DNA from: Dimorphilus gyrociliatus
Lineage: Eukaryota; Animalia; Annelida
Length of the DNA stretch: 64,000 nucleotides
Direction: 5' to 3'
Assembly: GCA_904063045.1 (NCBI GenBank)
Contig: CAJFCJ010000004.1
Location: 1,729,713-1,793,712 of the forward strand
Notes under the pieces: generated by a model
The model's database searches: none
What the model was told of the DNA's origin: nothing
What the model saw: the letters and a program-made list of their open reading frames with translations, nothing else
Translations under genes and position numbers: made by a program
Shown: positions 12,524 to 24,933 of the stretch, piece after piece
Layout: each line of letters begins with the position of its first letter
How positions within the stretch are numbered: the first letter of the stretch is position 1

Positions 12524-12998
12524 CAAGTGTCTGAAAAAGATATATATTACATTTCAAACTGTCTCATATACTGCCAATTCTCTTACCGTTAATTCTCTTA
12601 AACAGTGAATTCGGTATCGATTTCGTTTTTATGCCATAAGTGCGATATATCTACTATATGGATTTAATATATATTTATATAAATATATAATATGTAAAAA
12701 GAGGGAAAACTGATAATTTTCATGTAAAAAAAAACATTTTGAACAGTATTGAAGTTGTTTTTTTTTTTCTAGGTCAAAACACATGTATATATTAAATGAT
12801 ATCAACAAACCTAACAACCAAAGATTATATAATTCTTTCTTTTTTTGTTTTTTATTATTATTTAGTTGAAATTTTTTATGTTTATGAATATTTAAATTAT
12901 TAATAAAATGCTATTGTTATAGATGTCCGGTTCTACGCATTATTTATAAATAGAATTTATGAAACGATATGGAATTTTTTTGTTAGTTCGAACAATAT

Positions 12999-13012
12999 CA
13001 ACTAGGTGGCGA
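12999..13012 (+). promoter_or_regulatory. CTCF-like site CAACTAGGTGGCGA between the Lmx and PRDM14 pairs
   Basis: Close match to the CTCF consensus CCAS YAG RKG GCR, inside a cluster of related AGATGGCG motifs. Confidence 0.45.
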
Positions 13013-15339
13013 TTGCTGTTTTAAAAAAAGGAAGGGAATAAACTAGAGATGGCGAAGTATTGTATATAGCCGGAGGCGAAATATATAGAACACCATTTAA
13101 AGATTAATCAATTTGCGAACAAATAATTGTGCTAGTGATCTTAAAACCACTCTAATTGAAGGAGTAAAAAGTCCTTAATAGAACTTTTGTATGGCATTTA
13201 CATAAAAATATGGATAATTACAATTAGGTTATTGAATTATTTATAGTACTAGAAAATTTCCCTTACTTGTATTTTCTTAAAGTAGGAGTGGAAAAATCAA
13301 GAATTTTTAATTATTAAACGGTGTTTGAATGGATTTACGACCTCTCGGGAAACAGTATCAGAGGCATTAGTGTCGCCATCTTGAGCAAAAAGCTGTGCAC
13401 GCAATTTAAAGAGTGAGAACGAAGGGGGAAAGGGAGACGGGGAGAGGAAGGAGGAGAAAGATTTATTAACGTACTGATCAACAGTAAAAAAAAAAGAGTG
13501 TTTTGTTTATTTTCTTTTTTACGTTATTTATCGTTGGCAATAGATTTTCCTTTTAAGAGAAATATATTGGTTTTCCTAGATAAAGAGAAGGGAGAAATAA
13601 ATGGAAAATAGATGATAAAAATTGAATTTTTACAAAATATTGGTATGTGAAAATGTAAAAGAGAAAAGAAAAATTACAATAACTTCATATTTTCTATTTG
13701 CTTTTTTATATCTTTTAAAATCATACCAGCGTATCATGCATTAGAAGCATTAAAAACTTGCTTCAATGTTTGTTTTGGGTAAATATTTGATTGTACAGGA
13801 TAATATTTGCCATATTCCTGTCCGGTAGATGACGCTATGCGTCGGATCGATTAGTGGTTGCTTTCAACTTTCTCCCCACCCGCTAAACTGTTTAAAAAAC
13901 AAACGGGTAGAAGAGGCTACTTAACTTAATAAGGATATTGATGAATCTCTTACATAATATACTCTGTTTTATTTACTTCTCTCTTTCTAAACCGGGTTTA
14001 TTTAATATATTTAATTAAATTCTTTCAAACTCTCTATTTTTAGACATCTCATAAAATTCAAGAAAACCCTGTGTACGTTTATATGCATTTATATTTGAAG
14101 GCACATAAATTTTAATTGCATCAAACAAGATGGCGTTGCAATTGAAAAACTGCCAAGAACTGAGACGCTTTAACTAAATTATTCACAAGACGGCAAGCGT
14201 CTCTAGATCGAAGGCATTTATTATTTCAGGCTGTATAGAAACCTTTGGAATAGTAGGCGGTTATAAAAGGTGTAATGCATAGCTTATTGGTGAAAGTGCT
14301 AAACATATTCTATAATGCATGTAGGCGTTATATACGGAAATGTTTGATAAAGAAATACAATAATTACGTAGAGAATATAAAAAGAAAAAGATGACGACGG
14401 ACACGCTCGAAATAATTCATTATATGCACAAAGCATCTTTAGCGGTCATAAAATTTCCGAAATCCTCCTCCCGTTACGCAACGCCACTCGCCGACCGAAC
14501 GGCACCGCTCATTCGTTTTCCGGTGCCGTCGCCCCACCATCTGTTACCAAACACGCGAAATCGAGAGAAACATCCTCCTTTCCTAAAACCATAGATACAC
14601 TGCGCACGTCTTTTCTCTTTTATTCTCCCTTTCCTGTGTTTTTTTCCCCCTCCAGTTTCTTTTTCGCAATTACTTTTTCATTCACTTGTTTACGTTTTAT
14701 TATTCCCTCGTTCTTTTCCGTTTCTCCGCATTCTCTTTTCCCTTTTTGTCTCTCTCTGTCTCGGCCTCTGTCTCTTTCGGTCTGTCTCGCGCTCTCTTCT
14801 ATCTTTTTCCCTATTTACATCAATCTTCTTTTCTTTTCCCGGCCGACTGTTATTTGTGTTTGCATATTGATATATACCGTACAATATATAGTTTTTTATG
14901 CATATTATATACAGTGTATCGTATTTAAATTCGATAAAAGGTTATTATAAATTACAGCATTGATTTCATGTTCAATTTCGATTTTATTCCTTGTCACTAA
15001 GTTAATCTTATCGGAGGGAAATTAATGAGGATCCTGATCTGATACAATTCTTTTACATTTATACAATCCTCTTTTCATCCTTTGTATAGAATAACTATAT
15101 TTAGCGTTACACAAGTAAGAAAGGCGTCGAAAAATTTGTCTTTGAAGACGCTCCGACGCCCATTAGGACGACTTTGCCAAAGTTCGGAAGCGATTCGCAA
15201 CTAGATAGAGAGTCAACATTTTCATTGCCCTCTTAAAGACTTTAGGTAAATAATTGAAAGCGTCTTTTTCGCACCGCCATAACCTCGCCTTTAAAAATTT
15301 TATCGCGTCGCTCGCGCCCTTCTTTTTCGGTTGACGATG

Positions 15340-15364
15340 ATTGGTTGATACATGCGCATGCGCA
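15340..15364. promoter_or_regulatory. CCAAT box (ATTGG) plus perfect NRF1-type palindrome TGCGCATGCGCA upstream of PRDM14-A
   Basis: ATTGG at 15340-15344 and TGCGCATGCGCA at 15353-15364, about 90 nt before the predicted ATG. Confidence 0.6.
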
Positions 15365-15453
15365 GCATAACATTCGCCTATCTCGTTTTTTTCGCTTACC
15401 GAAGCGGTTAAAGTAGGCGAATCACGTTGTCTCTAACTGAAACTCTTTGCATT

Positions 15454-18400
15454 ATGAAGTGAGTATTAAAAACTGAATTTTTTTGAATTTAGATGGATTT
15501 TGAGTTAGAAATTCGAATGAAAAAAAAAAAAAATAAAGTAATTTCAACTTGAACATAGGGTATTATATAGTAAATCGGCTAAATAAAGTTTAGACAATGT
15601 TCGCCTAATTGAACCAACTACCAATTGCAACGAATTGATACGAATTGAATGAGTTTAAAATCCGTTAAAAAAACACCATTATAAAGGCAACTAAAGCAGG
15701 TCTTTGATGGAGGCTATCGAATAGACGCGATAGAGATCGATATAAATGATATTGATAACAAGACTCTTTATATTTTCCAATAGTAAATCGACGTTTAGCC
15801 AACAGCAACTCGACAGGATTCTATATGGTAGCGATAAGTCTAGCCGGCAGTTGAAACACGGTACGTAACTAAAGACTGATTGTTTGCTCATACTCTGTAT
15901 TTGGGCACCTTTTTAGTGTACATAGAACGGGCTTTGGGAATGTCAAACAACTACTTGACGATCGAGAATACTCGAAACTACCTCAATCGTTAGCCGCCTC
16001 TATTTATAAATGTTTTTTCCACTTCGTTCCTTTAAAAAAAAATCCTCTCCGCTTCACATCTGCCCACCCGTTCATTACGTAATTGTTGTAATTTACTTTA
16101 AAAGAAAACTTCTCATCGATGCGTAACCTATATATACAATGTAACTAACTACACTCAATAAAACCCCCCGTTTTACCATATATATAGTATATTCTGTAAA
16201 TCTATTTGCTTATTAAATTACATGTATAAAAAGCTTTTACAAGTATGCACGTATCATTTCTTCTATAGACACTTTTCTTTTTTTTTTTTACATAAAACAG
16301 GAATCGACAACATTCTCAACGCGACGCCCGTCAACAATCATTGTCGAACGCTTCAAATCCCAGACGGTAAGAACGCATGCAAAAAAAAACACAGAGAGAG
16401 AGAGAGAGAAGGGAAAGAAAAAAAAAGGGTCGACGGGTAATTCTTCACTAAGACAGAAAATCGCGCCGTTATCGACGGCCGAGCAGTAGCCGAGGGCCGA
16501 GCGTCTATTGCATTCTAGCGCCCGTTGATGACGCTCTAGAGAGACGGTCGACATTAGACGCTTAAATAGACTGCCCCTCTCCGTTCCCCTAGCTACGAAA
16601 TAATTACCTTTGTTTACTTTCCCCTTTCATCTTTTGGCTCGAGACCACCATCGTATATATTATTTATTATTGCATAACACGTGTTTGAATGCAGTAACCA
16701 TTATATACCGTATGTACACAGGTCTACAAATAGCTGCTTCCAAAGTGTCCGCTTCTAATCGTCTGGGTGTATTTACAAAGAATCGAATTACAGTCGGAAC
16801 GAGATTCGGACCGTTTATCGGACGGATTGTTAAGGCGAATCAATTAAAGAGTCAGGATGATAATACATTAATGTGGGAGATCTTCAGAGACGGCGCTCTG
16901 CATCACTTTATAGACGGGCGTGGTAATTGGATGGCCTATGTTAACTGTGCTAGATCTGCTTTGGAACAGAATCTGGTAGCAGTTCAAGAGGGCGGCGAGA
17001 TATGGTACAAAGTGTGTAAAGAGATCAATGGGGGGTCAGAATTGTTGGTGTGGTATGGCGATTCGTATCTTCAGTTTATGGGCATACCAATTGCTCTAAA
17101 AGAACAAGAGGAAGGCGATAGTACCTGTTTCGTTCCAGGAACAGCGGTTGGCAGCTACAAGTGTGAGAGATGCGATAAAGTATTCGCATACAAATACTAT
17201 AGGGATAAACATTTAAAGTACACGAGATGCGTGGACAGAGGAGATCGTAAATTTCCTTGCCATCTGTGTTCTAGGTCATTCGAGAAGAGAGATCGCCTAA
17301 GAATTCATATATTGCACGTACACGAAAAGCACCGTCCACACAAATGCCCCACTTGCGGCAAGAGTTTCAGCCAATCAAGCAGTTTGAATAAACACAAGAG
17401 AGTACATAGCGGAGAACGTCCCTACAAATGTGTCTACTGCAGTAAAGCGTTCACGGCGTCGAGTATCTTACGCACTCATATCCGGCAGCACTCCGGCGAA
17501 AAGCCATTCAAGGTTTGTTAAGTAAATAATGCTGCTGCCGTGCAGATAGAGCATTGATTAGTGTCACGGCCCTCGCCGACCACCGCAATGTACGCGGCTT
17601 GTTTTTATATATACAAGTGTATATCTATGTCTTTCTATATATGCTAAGCATGCATATATTTATATTATCACATATATTCTATTCATTTTTACCATTTAAA
17701 CATAAATTAAGATTTTTACTTGAGTATATATATACTAATATATATATATATATATATATAGGAAATACTATATTTATAAATAGACCATATAATAAAAATG
17801 ATATATATTTACATCATAATATAATTACATTTGTATAATTATATATGCTATATATACAGTATATATATATATAACTTATATAGATACTTGTATATATAGT
17901 ACACACCTTTTCTATAGGTATACACTTATATATATCCATCTTCATTCTTTGTCCTTGCACTCTTTATATATCTATTCTTTTTCTATCGGGTACACATGTA
18001 TCTTCTTATTGTTTATATATATTTATATATCTATATATACTATATATGCAGTATATATATATGCATATGATATATATGCATGGTTTGTGCAGATATACAG
18101 TATAACGTCTATTTAGACAATCACTATTACAGCGGAGAAGGTAATGAGGACGAGGGCGTTTTTTTTTGTTATTCTATCACTTAGCCGACAGCATTAGCAA
18201 CGTCACGACGTCGCGATTAAATTAAGGCCTATTGACTAGACGCTATCGTCGCTATACGTGCGAAACCGTGTGTCAACAGGCGTTCGGACCGATTTGTCTC
18301 GACAAAAGAACTGCACGCTGCCGTTTGTTTGTTCAATCGAAAATTTTTCTCTGTCCGTGTTCATCTTGCTTGAATTGTATACTCTATCAAAACATTGCCA

Positions 18401-18601
18401 AGTTTCTATTTTTTTCTCTTAGTCTTTCATTCATTTATTCCCCCCCTTTTCTATTCTATTTTTCTTTACTTTTCTATCAGCCTACTTAAAACTAATTTTA
18501 TTTTTTTGCAGTGTAAATTTTGCGGCAAGGCTTTCGCTTCTCACGCTGCTCATGATAGCCACGTACGAAGAACACATTCTAATTCCAATGTCACAAATTG
18601 A
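15454..18601 (+). CDS. PRDM14: PR/SET-domain zinc-finger protein PRDM14, paralogue A. Exons 15454-15458, 15784-15860, 16301-16366, 16722-17512, 18512-18601; lacks the last finger present in B.
   Basis: Pre-SET FSQQQLDRILYG and LQIPD|GL, PR domain (RFGPFIG...MWEIF...NWMAYVNCAR...ELLVWYG), and PRDM14-specific fingers RDKHLKYTRCVDRGDRKFPC...FASHAAHDSHVRRTH. Exon phases are consistent. Confidence 0.95.
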
Positions 18602-19207
18602 ACAGAGCGGAAAGAAAAGTATTAATTTTGCTTAGTAAATGTTCGATAAAAAAGCTCCGTATTTATCTATTGTAAACGTTTTGTTATTATACCGCCGCTT
18701 TTCAATTTCTGTTCAATAAAAATATACAACACATATATCGTGTATATACAGTGTATTTAATTATATATTGCTTATATATAGTTGTTATCTATTGTATATC
18801 GTTGAAGAGAATACGATATATTACATAATAATAGAGAGACTATCGAAACTGACAAGTAAAGTTTGCTGAAGCGTTAGATGATTGTCACGGCGCTAATTGC
18901 GGCGTTTGATGTGAGCGGCGTCTCTCGGTCAACATAATACTTTTTAGCGTGCGTCGCGTGCTAGTTAATAGTATTAAGGGATATCTATTCGAGATTAGCT
19001 GTTTCCGCCCTCCAACAATTACGCAACGAGAAAAATCTCATTGCAGACGCTGTGTAGAGCCTAATTATAGAAATTGGCCCGCCGAAAAAATCGTCGCACC
19101 GTAACCGCGTCCAGGGAGCCATCTTTTTCACGCTAGCCGTTTTATAGACTTAATTAAGGGAGCTGGACGAAAATCGATACGACTTCCTTAGCCGATTAGA
19201 AACCGGC

Positions 19208-19219
19208 TGCGCGTGCGCA
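19208..19219. promoter_or_regulatory. NRF1-type site TGCGCGTGCGCA upstream of PRDM14-B
   Basis: One-mismatch NRF1 palindrome 60 nt before the ATG at 19280. Confidence 0.5.
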
Positions 19220-19279
19220 GCGCCGCCGCCGCCACCACTGCTAAGTATTTTTAAGCCCCTTCCCATTCGCCGTCCAACC

Positions 19280-21054
19280 ATGGATCGTAACGTTCGATTT
19301 CCGTTCAACGCCGGATTCTTGCCGCTGGTGACGGCTATTAGACGCCCACCGCCGCCCCAGCCAGCCGCTTTTACACAACATCAGTTGGATCAGGTGCTTT
19401 ACGGCAAGAACGCAGTCGAATGTTTGAACCACGGTTAGGCAATAAATAAACGAAAGCATAATAAATAAATCGGAAGTGAGATATATTAAAAAATAACAAA
19501 ATGTCACTTTTTTTGTATTTCTGCATAGGAATTGAACGAATTTTGGCACCCAACAACCAACCGCCTCATATAGACAGCACCAATCTGCCGCAAGGTAGGA
19601 TAAACGCCCCGCCGATTTGCGTCCGCTCATTGATCGTTCTAATCGCTTCTGTTCAATAGGTCTTGAACTACGCCGGACAAATACGGGTGGATTTGTACAA
19701 TACGGCGTCTTCTGTTCTGATTCAACATTTAGCAAGGGAATTCGCTTCGGACCATTTCAGGGTAAAATCGTCAATACAAGCGAGATAAAGAGTCACGATG
19801 ATAACACATACATGTGGGAGGTAAGTTTTTTGCATAGCTTTACAGCCTGGGAGGACTTATACCACCCTGCATAATTTAGCATTCTTTAATTATTCGCGGT
19901 ACGTTCTGCTCTCGTGCAAGACGCCTTCCTTTTAGACGATCTGGAAAATTAGCTCATTAGGTTACTCGCTCTCCTACACAGATTTTCAAGGACGGACGTC
20001 TCGATCATTTCATAGATGGCAGAGGAGCCTCCGGTGATTGGACAGCGTATGTAAATTGTGCTAGATTTGTTCATGAACAAAACCTCGTTGCTCTTCAAGA
20101 AAAAGATCAAATATGGTACGAGGTTTGCAGAGATATAAAAAAGGGGCACGAATTACTTGTTTGGTATGGAGATTCACATATACAATTCATGGGTATACCT
20201 ATAGGTCTAAAGAATGATAATAAGACTGAAACAACAACTGTTAGTACCGTTATGGAGATAACGTCAGAAAATATCGAAGGCTTCCAGTGTGAAAGATGTG
20301 GAAAAGTATTCGCCTATAAATACTACAGGGACAAACATTTGAAATATACTAGGTGCGTTGACAGGGGGGACAGGAAATTCCCTTGCCACCTATGTTCTAG
20401 GTCATTCGAGAAGAGGGATCGGCTTAGGATTCATATTTTACACGTACACGAAAAGCACCGTCCTCATAAATGTACAGTTTGCGGCAAGAGCTTCAGCCAA
20501 TCAAGTAGTTTAAATAAGCACATGAGAGTTCATAGTGGAGAACGCCCCTACAAATGCGTCTACTGCAGCAAAGCGTTTACCGCTTCCAGTATTTTACGAA
20601 CTCACATTAGACAGCATTCTGGAGAGAAACCGTTCAAGGTACTACATATCCTATATAATACATTTGTACTGTATATATATTGGAAAGCGATCCATTGAAA
20701 TTTCCTGCTACAATGTGTAAATCATGTTGTTTTCAGTGTAAACATTGCGGCAAAGCTTTCGCTTCGCACGCGGCTCATGATAGTCATGTTCGTCGAACGC
20801 ATTGTCGTGATAAAACGAATTGCTCTTTGTGCGGAAAATCGTTCGCGCAGGCTTACGAGCTAAAGTTTCACATGAGTCAACACGCAGGTTAGTAATTTTC
20901 TGACAAATTCGTCTCATCTTTACTCTATTCACTTAATTTTCGCTTAAAGCTTTCTTACTCGTTTTTCGTCCGTTCTTTATTTTTTTCTACAGATGTTGAC
21001 GAAAGGGGCCTCCAGTTCAGAATACCGGATATTAATATGAATAGTAAAGGGTGA
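19280..21054 (+). CDS. PRDM14: PRDM14, paralogue B. Exons 19280-19433, 19529-19594, 19660-19820, 19982-20638, 20737-20887, 20993-21054.
   Basis: FTQHQLDQVLYG pre-SET motif, PR domain (GIRFGPFQGKIVNTSEIKSHDDNTYMWE|IF), the same finger array, plus a terminal finger CSLCGKSFAQAYELKFHMSQH. Confidence 0.95.
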
Positions 21055-21659
21055 ATACATCACCAATCCTAATTCAATTATGATGTAATTAATATAATAT
21101 ATGCCGTATATATATATATATGTATATATTTTGATGTACGTGCATATATGCAGGTATTAATGATAGTTGAAGCATGTATATATATATATGTATACTGTAT
21201 ATGCTATATATATATATATATATATATAGGTTGTGTATATGTATTTATATATAAGTATATGTACGTATATATACACTTATATAAAATGTCAATGAATAAA
21301 TTATCCGCGATCGGAGTGCGAAAGACGAGGCGGATAATTGTCGTTTTTCAATGTACGAGATGAACTTTGCAACAGTAATTGCACCAAATGTTGACACTCT
21401 GTCCCAGTGGAGCAGATCTTTTCTACTGCAAAGACTCGCCACCCAAATTGAAGCCCTTACCCCGTATGTATATTTTGCTGTCCGGCTATAAAAATGCTGA
21501 CGAGCGGATCGAAAACGGATTTGCGACTAATGTAAACAAATTGACGTCTCAAGTCGGTAACGTCTCCGAACGCCTAGAGTGTTTATTGCTTTCAGGCGTC
21601 ATCTGGTGGACGCTATTTTGATTTTCTTTTCTTCTCTTCTTTTCTACTCAATTAATAAT

Positions 21660-23275
21660 TTATTTCCTTCTGCTGTAATCGGAACCAACTCGCAGGTCAA
21701 TCATTTCCATTGCGCAATCGTAAAGTCCGTTCACAGTCTGTCAAGGATTGAAATGTATTTATTATTTTAACAAAATTTTTTGTTTCTTAAAATTAATGCA
21801 ATATTTTTTAATTAAACAAAAAAAAGTAAAGGAGAATACAAGCAATTTTATTTTTGAAAACTTACTTGCTCTTCTATTAATCTTTTCAGATAAATATCAT
21901 CTTTTACTCTTAGAGACGGCTGGTAATTTTTAAATTTAAGTGACGTCGATGCATCTTCAGCTGATGGCAATTTCTTCCTTTTAAAAGTCGTAACCTTCTG
22001 CCCAATTTCCGCTTGAGGAACCGCTTCATCCTCTACAGTCGCCTGTACATCGGACATGCAGAAAAACGAGCAATTAATTATCAGCGCCATCTTGTGGCTA
22101 TGTCTGAGAAATAAAAAAAGAGATACGAACGTCATCGAGAGATATACCCCTTAATGCTGTCTCTAAAGTCAAGCTGATGCCCTCATTTGGTTTATGCAAC
22201 ATAGTCCTAAAAGCCGAAACGGGCCTGCTAATAGGAGGATTGACATAGGAAGGCTTTAAGCAGGGCAGGGCAGGGGTTTGCTCCTTGAAGGAGGAGAACT
22301 TTGGCATTTCCGATTCGCGTTTCCGTTTCCGACCGAACAAATGGGTTGGGTAGGTGTTTGCTGTGCGTTTTTCCCGCTGTACGTGCTCTCTCCACAAATC
22401 TGTGTCATTCCTGACTTGGGATGAATCGATTTGACCCTGAACAAGTAACTTGCGAACTCTCATCCGTTCTCTTTCACGTCTTTCTTTCTCCTTAGATGCC
22501 TCCCTAATCTAAAGAGAAAAAAGAGCAGTATATAAGTGTAAGTAGAAGAAGATATATAAATTTATATATATATGTTCAAGTATATACAGTATGTACGTAT
22601 GTACATATTTATAGAAATATAGGCTATAGATTGCAGATTGATACAGAATGTATACTGTATCAAACATTTATATGTTAATTATGTTTAAGAGTTCATCAAT
22701 CTAATAAAGATAATTATTATTGTTATTGATTATTGATTTTTTTTGTACTGCTTACTTGATACTCTTCATCAAGCTTCTGTTTAAGTTCGCCTATGTACTT
22801 TGGATCGTTTAGTCGCACTTTTTCACTACCCATCAAATTCTTTAAACGCTTCTGTAGAGCAGCAGCAGCTTGAGAACTGTTTAAAGTTTAAGATAAATAA
22901 CAAGAAATCAATTAGTAAATTTTTAATAGGCCTATATCTGTACCAATCCAATGTAAATTGATCTGGTTTAACCATCCATTCGACGACCGACATCTGCCTA
23001 ATCCTATCCAGAGCCTTGTCGACATCGAATTCCTTCATAGCACGTTCAACAACTTCTCTTCTAAATCTCCTTTTCTCGTTTTCATTGCCCCAAGCAAAAT
23101 TTACTTCCCCGTCTTCGTCATCTGAACTGTCGGTCATTGAATAGCGGCTCTGTCTTCGTCCAGCCGTCGATAAAGCTAATCGCCGGTTGATGACTGTAGA
23201 ATTAGTTGAAGAAACTCTTCGAAGGACTGGTGCAGTCTTCGGTCGGTCGTCCGGAATCCGGATGACGCGCGGCAT
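21660..23275 (-). CDS. Uncharacterised multi-exon charged, Ser/Arg-rich protein. 3' end uncertain; may extend to about 21400.
   Basis: ORF pieces 23275-22950, about 22877-22756, about 22508-22130 and about 22043-21854 join by GT-AG introns in consistent phase: MPRVIRIPDDRPKTAP...SQAAAALQKRLKNL...IREASKEKERRERERMRVRK. No domain recognised. Confidence 0.7.
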
Positions 23276-24933
23276 TTTGACAGATGTTGTTTTTTTATTG
23301 AATAGAGGAAGGGGTTTAATAGTCTACAAACTCTTCAATGACGCCGTTGCTAAGACTAAACGCTTTTAAAACAAACTTTCGTAACGATTGAGTTCGATTT
23401 CATCAAAATCGAACAGGTTAAGCGGTATACAACCAAGTCTGTTTGTTGAACGGAAATCACGGCACAGACATAGGACTATTCGTATTTTTTTTTAAATTTT
23501 ATAATTATCTATAGGCCTATTACGTAATATGAGGCTTTAGGTATGGCGAAGTGGAAATAGAAAGTCTCATTTTGTACAGCTGACGGGAATTTTTTAGCAA
23601 TTGCGCTCCTAATCTCTCAGTAGACACTCCCTGTAATAAAAACAACATAAACATCCTTAATTATTCGGGTTATTAAGCTACTTTATAGTTGATTACTTTT
23701 TCGAATGCACTACCGGGCACGGTTGACAAAGAAAGTCTTTTAGAATTGTCTCCTTCTATTCTCAATTGCCGAAAGCTTGATAATTTACTAAACGAAACAA
23801 GAGAAATATAAAAAAAGAAAAAAAAATAATACTAGTTAAATCATAGATGGCGCAAACTGGGCCTATATTACCGATAACACGACAAACTCATCACGAACGA
23901 CTTTCTGCTTGCTTCGTTTCCTTCTCTTTTCATTTTGATTTCTTTATTTCGCCTTAAATATTCTATTGATAAGGATTCACATTAAATTAAAATAAATAGA
24001 ATTCTAGTACGTTATTTTTCTTTTTTATTGTTTGTTATTTTAAATTTATTATTACTATTTTAATTATTGTTATTGTTATTGTTATTGTTATTTTGGTATG
24101 ATTTATCAAAAGGAATAGGCTAATAGATGCTTATATAACTAAGCTATTAATATATATCTAAATATATGAATATTTCAAAGTTAAAAAATGACGTAGTATT
24201 GTTTCGGAAATAATTTATTGCAGGTGAAATAGGATATGTTTGCAATCGTCTTGTAGAAAGGCGTTTACAACGTTGAATAGTACATTTAATATCACCTGGA
24301 AAAAATTTATACCTGAACAGCCGACAAGGAGAGAAGCTAATTAAAAAATATATATATAAAGTATGCGTTTAAAGAAAAACACACACAGACATATATATAT
24401 ACATATATAATTATATAATCTATGATTATATGCAATATACATATGTACATTTATTTATATATTTGCTTATTTATGAATGCTATAAATAGTATTCGTTGAA
24501 AGGTTGATGTGAAAAGTTCCCTTTTATTATGTAATTGAGTAGAATATGCATAAATATTTCCGCATTTAGGATAAAGAACAGCATTTTTAACGCATAATTA
24601 AGCAATGCATACATTATTTTTCATGTTTGCGTTTACAAAGAAAATGCAAAACTCTTATGTCGTTTCTCCTTGCGTGTTATTTTATATTTTGGCGAAAAAT
24701 CTTGGTAGACGTAAGGAAATTTATTAATGACTTGTAATCTTGTGATCAGTGTAACTAAACTCTTAACTATATATAGATCCAGAGTAGTTAGATATGACAT
24801 AACGTATGATTAAAGTCTTTTTTTTTTCCTTCCTCCGAATAGATATATAAAGGATTTTCGCTAATCTTATATGTTCGTTATTGGCTTATTGGTTGGTCTG
24901 CTTTATCTTCTTCTTCTGTATGACTTATTAAGT

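Noticed and set aside
14162-14207. 9-bp inverted repeat GAGACGCTT...AAGCGTCTC
   Set aside because: The stem is too short and the loop too long for a pre-miRNA, and no known mature miRNA was recognised.
14636-14950. Phe/Ser-rich and Arg/Glu-rich ORFs
   Set aside because: Translation of a CT/AG microsatellite-like tract.
23689-23810. Possible terminal exon LITFSNALPGTVDKESLLELSP...
   Set aside because: No compatible upstream exon with a start codon was found.
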